Part shown: positions 23,301-32,397 of the stretch, piece after piece
Position numbering within the stretch: position 1 is the first letter of the stretch
How the letters are laid out: each line of letters starts with the position of its first letter
Origin: Nemertoderma westbladi
Lineage: Eukaryota > Animalia > Xenacoelomorpha
DNA: 33,179 nt
Assembly: GCA_032718475.1 (NCBI GenBank)
Contig: JAUCBJ010005951.1
Span: 1-33,179, forward strand
Direction: 5' to 3'
The notes under the pieces: generated by a model
The model's input: only the letters and a program-made list of their open reading frames with translations
Told to the model about the DNA's origin: nothing
Databases searched by the model: none
Position numbers and translations under genes: made by a program

Positions 23301-26300
23301 TAACCTTGGTGTTTGGTTGGCTTTTCCACCCAGTAAGCAAGTTGAACAAAATCGCCTCCGCTTTGCAGGACATTGCTTTCGCCATGAGGACCAGCCAGTG
23401 CATAATCTTGTACTTTGGCAGCCTCATGGAGTGAATAAGCATGGTGGACAGCCCATGACTTTCTTGAGACGCATCTTAAAGGACACTGGCCTTGAAGATG
23501 CGGATGATCTAGCAAATGTCATGGGTGATAGGGAGTTGTGGCGGCGCAATTTTGTCGACAAGCCAGCACAGCATTCTTAAAAATGCAGCTGCAATGCAGC
23601 ATGCCGATACTAGTAGTAGTAGTAAGCAAGTTGATCGATTGATTTCCATTCCTGAGAAGGGGACAAACAAAATGTCCCCAAGATAGGGGACAAATGTGGG
23701 TTCAGCTACCCGGAATGTGATTCATGTACGCATAAGCAACTGAGTTTCTCTCTTCAAAGATCCTCTCTAATGTGCCTTCGTGGGTCGCGCTCCTCAAGCA
23801 GACTTCCGGTTCACCACGAAATTGCAGAGACCTTCATCATGCTGTCAAATGCTGATACAAATTCCGGTTATATCGTAAACAGTCAGATTGACCCAAACAG
23901 TAGGCCTAACTATACAAAATACAGTATTGTTGCTTGGTGATGGGTGGTGACGGATTCTAGTTGCTAAGTGTTTAATGTTGCATATAAATTATATTATAAT
24001 TATCATAGTGAAATAAATCAGTGCTAGGTTAAAGAAAACTACTTACTACTAAGTAAGTAGTAGTAGTATATTACGTACTGTATAAGGTCTATAAGGTGTA
24101 TAAGGTTGTATAACGGTATTGATAACAAAAAATATATCAAGTAATAAGCAATTTAAGTTAGTTTATTAACTTTCTGGTTATACAATTGATACCTTTATTA
24201 CAAACTCACCTCACGAACTTTGTTCTTTACAACATCTGACATCTGGGTTTTTCTACTAGCCGCTCGAGCATTGATAACAAAAGATGTTAAATCCTTGAAA
24301 TCCCAACAAAGTTCATGGCGCATCAGAACTAATGATTCTTCAAAGTGTTCCAGAATGATTATGAAATCAAAAGTATCATAAATATAGTCTACCATTTCAT
24401 TTATCTCATTGATATTTTCATTGTCAACAAACCGAAATCCAAAATCGTGACTCATGAGGTTTTGCAAGTATGAGGTTTGAGGTTTGTTGTATTTCTTAGT
24501 GTCATTAACAAACACTTCCAGATAGTTGGTAGTATCTTGGATACCTAGGCTTTTGCCTCTACCAAATAGGTAACTCAAAGATGAATCAAACATTGTTGAT
24601 GTTTCTCGAGCTATTCCAATATAATAGCTATTCTCAGGCATTATGGCTTTAGTTTCTGCCTCATTGAATGTCATATGATGGCAGAGAATGTTGGATGTGT
24701 ATCTCACCGATTCCAGCACAGCATTCCTGTTGAAAGGTTGGGGCCATTGCAACAACCAACCTGTTCTAAAGATACAAACTCATAAATTAAAGAGCAATGA
24801 AAAATGCATCTGTTTGATGAATTCTGATTACCTAATATGACAAATCATCAGTAAAAATTATTTCAAAATAATACAAATATAATTTTCTAATAATTAATCA
24901 AGCAAGTGGGGCAGCAAGAGGGAGAAGATAACGAATTAGCAGTTGTTGTAATAAAGATGGGAGTGAATTATTTATACTAACTGTGGTGAGCCCTTAGCAG
25001 GGACAGCGATTATTAAGTTATGCCGCAAAGCGTATCTCATGAAAATCCCTTGAGTTGTTTCGGATCCTGCTTTATGAACCTTCACGAATACTATGTTAAT
25101 CTTCGGTTCTGTGCACTCGGAGCTGAGAAATAACAATAATAATAACTTTAGTGCAATATCCATTAATAGTTATTAAGACAGTTTTGTAGGCTAGCAGCTA
25201 ATAATAATAGAATTAAAAGGCTGTTAAATTCCTTTGCATTCCTTTAGGAAGACTATTCGCCTTCAGTAGAACTGCTTTGTGATGTCCATTGCCCACTTTC
25301 TGTGGGGTTAGCTATCCCTTCGACCACTGCTCGAAGTATGTGAGTGGCTATTACCATTCATATTATTAATTAATTATCAATTAATATTATCAATATTAAT
25401 TATCAATTAATATTATCAATATTAATTAACAATTAATATTATCAATTTCATTAATTAAATAAACTAAATAATATATTTAAATAAATATATTTATTAAATA
25501 AATAAATAAAAATAAATTAATATATAAATAAATATATTTAATTATATTATATATTTCAATAAAAGATGAAGATAGTAGTTACATTGGAGCTCATGCACGT
25601 TTATATAGTAACAAGGTGACATTCATATTTAAAAATATTGCACTTTTGTCTTTATGAGGATAATGAGTGTTTATTCATCAAATACACAGCCACCACACCG
25701 TAAATCAATTATAATAATCATATATGTGTGAGTGATATATATCTAACAATCTTTGAAAAGTACTTCGAAAAATTTTTACTATTTCGCTTATCAAAAAAAT
25801 TATTTAATTGAGATACGAAAAGTATGCCATATTTACCAAGGCAACTAGGGAAACAGAGTGGAAGGGTTTACTGTGGCGAGTTTACTGAGGTTTACTGATT
25901 CCTTGGCCAAACAATCCTAAAAGATTATCCCAATCATAATATGCTTTTACTTTTCATCGGAATTGCATATTAAAGTAGATAGTTGTTGAAAATTGTTGAA
26001 AAGTTATTTATTTAATTAATACCTATATTACAATCCAGAGGATTAATATTTTATTTGTAGAACAAGATGGTAAACTTACTGATTATATAATCTCCTCTGA
26101 GGAATTTTCGAATCTGTAGTAATTTCCCGACTTGTAGGTTCTGCGTCGCTATGACTGTCTAACAACGAAGACTCCTCTCTATCAGTTGCTATGTAATGAT
26201 AGACCTTAGTTACATCTGAGTCAGTTGGTGGCATAGAAGTCTCCCAACTATTAAACCAAAGCGCGTTTAGGGGGTCCATAATTTGTGTTCTAAGTTTAAC

Positions 26301-26396
26301 AGGAACATAATTGATAACATAATATGTTATCAGTGTGCAGCACAATGACATTGAAATAAAGGCGTAGAAAAATGATTTTATGTTACAGGCAACCAT
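17103..26396 (-). CDS. Galactose-3-O-sulfotransferase family gene (type II Golgi membrane sulfotransferase), 5 coding exons, 450 aa
   Basis: join(26396-26080, 25122-24982, 24765-24210, 20380-20252, 17312-17103) = 1353 nt; all introns GT-AG with compatible phases (2,2,0,0); N-terminal TM segment, 5'-PSB FVKVHKAGSET, 3'-PB IARETSTMFDS, ILEHFEESLVLMRHELCW, NRADWILY..LNDSLWKRI. Confidence 0.9.
17541..19430 (-). mobile_element. Decayed RTE-type LINE in intron 4
   Basis: PLPKKGD, NGFRPNRS, NFKKAFISIHR..AYGIP, DFVDDIALL, GLHINATKTE, YLGSWI, RRLRFSGH; (TAG)n tail at 17541-17554. Confidence 0.88.
20252..20380 (-). CDS. Sulfotransferase exon 4
   Basis: taatag|FNRADWILYQRLNDSLWKRIEEFGYERLQVEKKMISQMNQLIQ|gtaaat; 129 nt, phase 0/0. 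Confidence 0.9.
20863..21371. mobile_element. MITE / non-autonomous DNA transposon remnant with ~88-bp imperfect inverted repeats
   Basis: 20916-21003 vs 21285-21371 (AAAAGTTGCCAAAT...TTGACGGATCCCAAGGNGGTTGAAATNTTGAGC). Confidence 0.7.
21379..21625 (+). mobile_element. CRE-like (RLE-type) non-LTR retrotransposon C-terminal fragment, left half
   Basis: GSRYQTTYIDISVFNR...ERRKHLKYEEHIHEVELSTFTPLIFSAFGGM...MKRLS: restriction-like endonuclease motif pattern. Confidence 0.75.
21626..23657 (-). mobile_element. 5'-truncated RTE-type LINE in intron 3
   Basis: VPVPKKGN, NQNGFRKG, FVDFFKA, YLGSWI, VLLYGS; (TAG)n tail at 21625-21634; imperfect ~19-bp TSD 21606-21625 / 23673-23691. Confidence 0.9.
23346..23620 (+). 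mobile_element. 275-bp 3' piece of the same RTE family inserted in opposite orientation
   Basis: Inverted match to 21626-21899; (TAG)n tail; perfect 14-bp TSD AGTAAGCAAGTTGA at 23332-23345 and 23621-23634. Confidence 0.92.
23673..23800 (+). mobile_element. CRE-like fragment, right half
   Basis: IGDKCGFSY...QLSFSLQRSSLMCLRGSRS continues the left half in frame once the RTE is removed. Confidence 0.75.
24210..24765 (-). CDS. Sulfotransferase exon 3
   Basis: tctttag|A ACA GGT TGG...CGT GAG|gtgagt; 556 nt. Confidence 0.92.
24982..25122 (-). CDS. Sulfotransferase exon 2 (PAPS-binding loop)
   Basis: ttctcag|C TCC GAG TGC...CCA CA|gttagt; 141 nt; NIVFVKVHKAGSET. Confidence 0.9.
25360..25560. repeat. 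AT-rich low-complexity tract with short tandem duplications (intron 1)
   Basis: ATTAATTATCAATTAATATTATCAAT repeated about twice, then an almost pure A/T run. Confidence 0.8.
26080..26396 (-). CDS. Sulfotransferase exon 1 (cytoplasmic tail, TM anchor, stem)
   Basis: MVACNIK-SFFYAFISMSLCCTLITYYVI, Ser/Thr/Asp-rich stem, ...AAT CA|gtaagt. Confidence 0.85.
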
Positions 26397-26942
26397 TATT
26401 ATTGATATTAATTCTTCTAATTCTAATTATATTCACTAATATATATAATATCAAGTTATAGTTATATCATCTGTACTCAGCACGCACCGCACACTCTGAC
26501 CAAAACTTAAAATTGATGTACAATGTCATCAATTATCAAAAGAACACTTAGTAATAATAGCAGTAATTATTTAAGTTTAGTTTTATAAAGATTTTGTTGT
26601 TTTTATTTTATTCATTATATAATTAGACAGTGTTACTAAATTATCTAACTTAATTAATTAAAGATTCTCTTTCTTACAAAAGCATTAGCCAATACGACTC
26701 ATCCATTATGTTTGCAGATCAGTGCTAGGTTTTCTCAATTTAGAGTCAAGTTGTTCAGTGTCGGATATTGAAGTTATAAAGGTATGATTTCCTTCAATTT
26801 GCGGGTACAGTTGCACTCATTTTTAGATTATTGCAATTCAGCCTCCTCTGCTGCCATCATTTGATATACAGACGTTCTGTTCACTACAGAGTCTTTTCCA
26901 GACTACCACAGAGGAACTGCTTAAGTTTCTTGATGAATGCTT

Positions 26943-27003
26943 TAAAGAGACTACCCAGGGTGCATCTATATAATATATAGATGCACCCTGGGTAGTCTCT
27001 TTA
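26943..27003. repeat. Perfect palindrome: 30-bp arms, 1-nt spacer
   Basis: TAAAGAGACTACCCAGGGTGCATCTATATA-A-TATATAGATGCACCCTGGGTAGTCTCTTTA. Confidence 0.97.
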
Positions 27004-27014
27004 GGGTATACCCT

Positions 27015-27425
27015 GGGTATCGGTTTATAGCCCGGTACTAATATTAGGTAGGCTCTCTCTCCAGTAGGGGGTGAGACAGGCAGCCGGTCAGGAGATAACT
27101 GACGCCTGTGAGGCCGATTGTGTCCAGTAATTCCACTGGCCTCTAGTGGCCGGACCTCCGCATTACCAATGTAATCCATAGTGGGGGGTTGGGGGGTGCT
27201 TTTTTGCCGAGTCAGCTCTCGGGGAAAATACCACACCCTGGTTTGCCGTTCCACAGGGTGGGTGTCGCAGTGGAGTCAGATATGAGGCCCATCACCCATA
27301 TCTACTCCGGCGCACATGACCCACCATTGGCTGTGCAGCTCATGCTCGTGCAGCCTTGTACCCCTGCTGCCAGGCGCAGGTCGCAGTGAAGTGCACTCAG
27401 AGTACCGGGCTATAAACCGATACCC
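27015..27425. repeat. Perfect 25-bp inverted repeats enclosing a 361-bp GC-rich segment
   Basis: GGGTATCGGTTTATAGCCCGGTACT (27015-27039) / AGTACCGGGCTATAAACCGATACCC (27401-27425); no TSD seen. Confidence 0.9.
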
Positions 27426-27789
27426 CGCCACACGTCTGATTTATTGTTTGTACGTAGATTTCACTTTTCTGAATCCGACCGAAAAAAAATTTCGAAAAAG
27501 TACTGGGGTGGTTATTTTGCAGCACCAAAAGTACAAGTAGTGAACAATTTTCATAAAATTGAAACGTACAATTTTCGGCTAATTGTTTTTTAATACAGGT
27601 TTTCTGCTGCGTAAAATCCATTGAAAAATATTTTAAAATAATCTGATTAGTATAAATGGCTGTTTTAGTCCTCTAAATGTGAAATCTAAAATGAAAAAAA
27701 TAAAAAAAAAACAAGTAACCAGCACTTTTCAGTTTTGACACAACATTTTTAATTCACTTATACAATGCTATAAATTCACCTTTTTAGGT

Positions 27790-28450
27790 TTTCTGGGGCG
27801 TTGATTCTCATGGAATACATTTCTAATTCGCGATATCATTGCTACTCGTATTTTTTGGCGTTATAGAGCAAATTTTTGTGCTAGCACCAAATTTTGTACC
27901 CATCACCAAAAAGTACAAGTTTGAGATGTCCAGTGAGGATTTTATTGTATCCATTGGATTCAAGACCCTCATAAATCCGTATAACGAAAGAAACAACATG
28001 ATACTATCTAATGACCAATTTGCTTGTTTTCAAAAATTTGGTACTGGCACAAAAATTTTCACAGACCAGCGAAACATACAAGTTTAAACAACTTATTCCA
28101 TTGAATTCAGAACCCTCACAAACCCGTATGACGCAAGAAACAAGGTGACACATTCAATTGATATGTTTTATGGAATTTAAAATTAGCACCAAATTTTGCA
28201 CCCACTTCCGAAAAATACAAGTTTGAGATGTCTAGTTAGATAATTATTTATTCCATTGAATTCAGAACCGCCATTAACCTCTAAAACGCGAGAAATAAGT
28301 TGTCACATGCAATTGAACTATTGAATGGATTTTCAAAATGTTGTGCTGGCACCAAATTTTGCACACAGCGCAGAAAAATAGAAGTTTGATACATCTGGCG
28401 CAACTCGTATATATTCCATCGAAACCAGAACCGCAAAAAACCACTATTGC
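27790..28450. repeat. Degenerate tandem repeat (alternating ~163/139-bp units), probably inside a non-autonomous DNA transposon
   Basis: GCACCAAATTTT-like anchors at 27884, 28047, 28186 and 28349, each followed by ...AAGTTT...TCCATTGAATTCAGAACC-like sequence. Confidence 0.75.
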
Positions 28451-29114
28451 GCAAAAAACAGGTTCAAACAATCAATTTCCAAAGTTGACATGTTTCAATG
28501 TTTCAATGCTCGTTCGGAATTGAACCAAACTTAGTAGGTAAGTAGTATAGAGAAAGTTTAGAAAGTTTGTAAAGTTTGGTGAAAAATCATGCAGTCTGAC
28601 GTCAGCTACGACAGATTATGTGGTTTTTAGAAAATGTTAAATTTCTCGGGAAGGCCTCATTTTCCTGAGCTGAAATTTTGGTGGCCTGTAGAGAATCATG
28701 AAGTCTATCTTTTACGAAATTGAAAAGTTAAGACATTTAATTGGGGATCCGCTAGAGACTCAGAAGTAATGACATAGGCCTACCGGTACGGTACTGCTGT
28801 ACAGTGCTGCAAACACTGGTAAGTAGGAAATTGCAGAATAACAATTTGACACCACCTAGCGGATTAACATATGATTGTATATCGAATGAATACATTTATA
28901 GCATGGGATATGGGGTCCAAACTAGACATGCCCCATTTGCTCTATATGAACCGTATGCCAAGGCTTGCCGACTACGTGCTGCGCGAAGTCGCCACGAACG
29001 TGTACATGTACATATGTTAACGCGTCACCCAAACAATTATTTGGCAGGGATTTTATCTCCCCTTACACCTTGTAAAACCCACATTTTTACTTGTTTCGCA
29101 CAAGTCTGATTGGG

Positions 29115-30110
29115 TTAGATTCTGTTGAAGGTTTGCCCGAATTTATCTAATTTCGGAATTTCCGGAGTTTTGTTATTCGATGACTCTGCATCGTCGATGC
29201 ATATGAATGGTTTGGACTCGATATTCTTGTCCGGAATATCGTTTTTGTTTGTTGACGTGTTAAGTTTCGATGATATAGATCTCACTTGACTTTGTAATGG
29301 TACATCAATTTCGTTGCAACTTATTTCTAAAGGGACCACTTGTGTGACAGAACGGTTTAGAAATACAGCCCCCTTCCCACGTTTTGCGACTTTTATTCTA
29401 ACGGCTCTAACTATACCATCTCTACTTGATATTAAACTCTCAAAAGTACACAATTTCCACAAACAACGTGGAATTTTTGAGTCGTAGAGTATACAAACTT
29501 CACCAATTTTTGGTACGTGTGACCTTGAAGTAATGTTTGACTTTTGGTGACGATTTCGTAACTCCTTTAAGGGAGGTACTGTATCACCCCCTGCGACTGC
29601 AAAATTTTAAAATTTCCTGAAAATTTTTGGAAATTTTTTTTCTTCTAATTTTGTGATTTGATAGAAGGGCTTTTACGTGGTGACATCGGTTTTCACCTTT
29701 GAATAATTTTCCACCACAAATCAGAACTTTTCAACAACATAATAATATTATTTTGTGGTTCAGGTTGTGCAATAGAAACTTTAGCATGTTTGAATATCTT
29801 CAAGTTTGTTATCTGTACTATCTATAGGATTTTTGTGATTACTTTTTTTTGCTAGTTTCTATTTGCTTCGTTTCATTTTCTTTGGTCTGATTGAAAATTT
29901 GTCTTAGTTCTTTATCATTTGTTTTCCAACCACGAATATTAAAACCACCTCTAGCTAAGATTGCCTTTGTCGCCAATTGGAGTTGTCGACCTTCTGATAT
30001 GTCTTTGACCCCCGTATTTAAATTGTCTACATACATATTGTCTTGTAGTTTAGGGATTGCAGTCGCTTCTAGAGTACTTGCGGATTTGATTCTAATTTTA
30101 AGTGGTGTAT
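29115..30110 (-). mobile_element. Degenerate BEL/Pao pol fragments (copy 2)
   Basis: Same MYVDNL and WKL..DGIVR..PLE pieces as 7990-8975. Confidence 0.8.
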
Positions 30111-30956
30111 GCATAGTTACTAGTGCAATTATGACCAAAACACACCGAGATTAATTAATATTAGTATTGGCACGATAACAAATGAATTAGTGATAAACTT
30201 CTATAGTAATAGTACTAATGTATGTACATACACATTGCTTTCTCAATTCTACAATAAATTATACTACAGAGACTTCCAGCCGATAGTGATAGACGACAAC
30301 AATAACTGGACAGAAGTTACACACCTCCGACGTAAACACAACTACCAGCAACCTCAGACTGAATCGCACAGAGACAATGTCTTAGTTAACTGTACAGGTA
30401 AACCACTAACTACCTCAGACCAACCTCTAGGACTGTGACCCGATTGCACACTAAGCAGACTTCTATACTCCCAGGCTGCCGGTAAGCCTGCTTTGCGTGG
30501 AGCCAAGATTGGTGGACGTCTGCGCACAACTGAGGTTTGTCGCTGACAAACTCCCGGCCACCTAGCGAGGCTCACATTAACATCGGCCTCCTAGACAAGA
30601 CAGTAACAGTTGCCAATATCGCAGAATATCTAAACGAAATCGACATTCCTTACAATGAAATAATTCCCCTACCACTCTTCCCAAACTCAGAATTCCTCAG
30701 TGTCCAACTCATAGGCAACCAGGAACACCGCTCAGCCCTCATGGATCCGGATATCTGGGACAGTGGAATAACAATCCGAAATTATATACTCTCTGCTTCA
30801 GAAAGAGAGAAGTTTGGCCTGAAGCCTCATCGTCCGAAACTCAGAAATTAGACCCAAGATGGCTTACCAAACCAAGCGAACTGACTAAATGTAACAACCC
30901 TGGTTTGGAACAATGATGGGTTCACCTCAGTTCAATCTCACCCATCGCATAACCTA

Positions 30957-31770
30957 CCCCGCAGTGTACAGGTTGCCTCCTTGACGCCCACTAACGTACC
31001 AGTCGCCTCCCCAGCACCTACTAACGTAGCGGTCGCCCCCCCAACGCCCAATAACGTACAGGTCGCCTCCCTGGCTCCCAATAACGTAAAGGTCCCCTCC
31101 CCAGTGCCCAGTAATGCTCAGGTCGCCTCGCCGATGCCCAATAATTTACTGGTCGCCTCTCCGACGCCCAATAACGTACTGGTCGCCTCCTTGGTGCCCA
31201 ATAACGTACTGGTCCCCTCCCCAGCGCCCAATAATGCACAGGTCGCCTCGCCGACGCCCAATAACTTACTGGTCACCTCTCCGACACCCAATATCTTACT
31301 GGTCACCACCCAGACACCCAATAACATACTGGTCCCCTCCCCGGTGCCCAATAACGCACAGGTCAGGTCCCCCCCCCACCCCCCCGATGCCAAATAACGT
31401 ACTGGTCGCTTCCCTGGTACCCAATAACGCACTGGTCCCCCCCCCCCCCCCCCGATGCCCAATAATGTACTGGTCGTCTCCCCAGCGCCCAATACTGTAC
31501 CAGTCGCCTCTCCGACGCCCAATAACTTACTGGTCGCCTCCCTGGCGCCCAATAATACACAGGTCGCCCCCAACGCCAAATAACATACTGGTCGCCTCCC
31601 CAATGCCCAATAATGTACCTGTCGCCTCCTCGATGCCCAATAACGTACCAGTTGCCTCCACAATGCCCAATGACTTACCGGTTGCCTCCCTGATGCCCAA
31701 TAACGTACCGGTCGCCTCCCTGGTGCCCAATAACGTACTGGTCGCCTCCCCGTCGCCCAACAATGTACCA
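30957..31770 (+). repeat. 30-bp minisatellite (~27 units) with two poly-C interruptions
   Basis: Regular unit starts at 30987, 31017 ... 31347, irregular around 31370-31455, then regular again to 31756. Confidence 0.95.
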
Positions 31771-31776
31771 GCCGCC

Positions 31777-32397
31777 ATGGCGAAACAAAAACTAATGTTT
31801 CTATATCACTATGAAATGTTGAAGGCTTAAATTACTTAGTCGAAAATCTCTCATAAAACAAACTTTATAATGATTCCGATGTTCTCCTGTATACGGAAAC
31901 GTTTTTCACCAGTAATAATTTTAATAATTTAAACTATTATTCTTTTATAGGACCAGCCCATAAGCCAGCAAAGGCCGACCTATTGGCGGCCTAATAATTT
32001 TATGTAAACACCACACTAACCCATTACTCGTTGCCAAAGATGAATATTTTATTGTTGTTAAAACTGATATATCATTCTTCAATGTTCTGTACTTTCCGCC
32101 CGAAAAATCCCTGACTGATATATCATTCTTCAATGTTCTGTACTTTCCGCCCGAAAAATCCCTGGCTGATATTGCACTAACAATAAATAGTGTTTTATCC
32201 CATACTGATTGTCAATCAATGATTGTTGTTGGTGGTGATTTTAATTGCAGGCTAGATAGTGGCTCACGAGGTCTCGAACTAAATGATATTTTCTGTAATT
32301 TAAATTTCCTATGTCTCATTTCGGAGAAATGCCAAACCTATATCTCCCCACAGAGTAGCAGCACCATTGACTTGCTATTTATAAGATATCCCGGTAC
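31777..32397 (+). pseudogene. APE-type endonuclease domain remnant of a second LINE lineage
   Basis: SL*NVEGL, LLYTETF, GRPIGGL, LYFPP, VGGDFNCRLD, TYISPQSSSTIDLLF; stops, one frameshift and a 51-bp tandem duplication. Confidence 0.85.

Noticed and set aside
21626-23620. Inverted repeats as TIRs of a novel RT-encoding element, or a twin-priming inversion
   Set aside because: The right arm has its own 14-bp TSD and tail, and the host RTE frame continues past it, so it is a separate insertion.
26838-27254. 138-aa minus-strand ORF as an upstream exon or gene
   Set aside because: It spans the GC-rich cassette, the inverted repeat and the palindrome; a chance frame with no recognisable motif.
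30957-31770. 30-bp repeats as a CRISPR array or a host mucin-like gene
   Set aside because: The units are contiguous with no unique spacers, there are no cas genes, the context is eukaryotic, and the array lies inside a decayed LINE. ORFs in several frames result from the 30-bp period.
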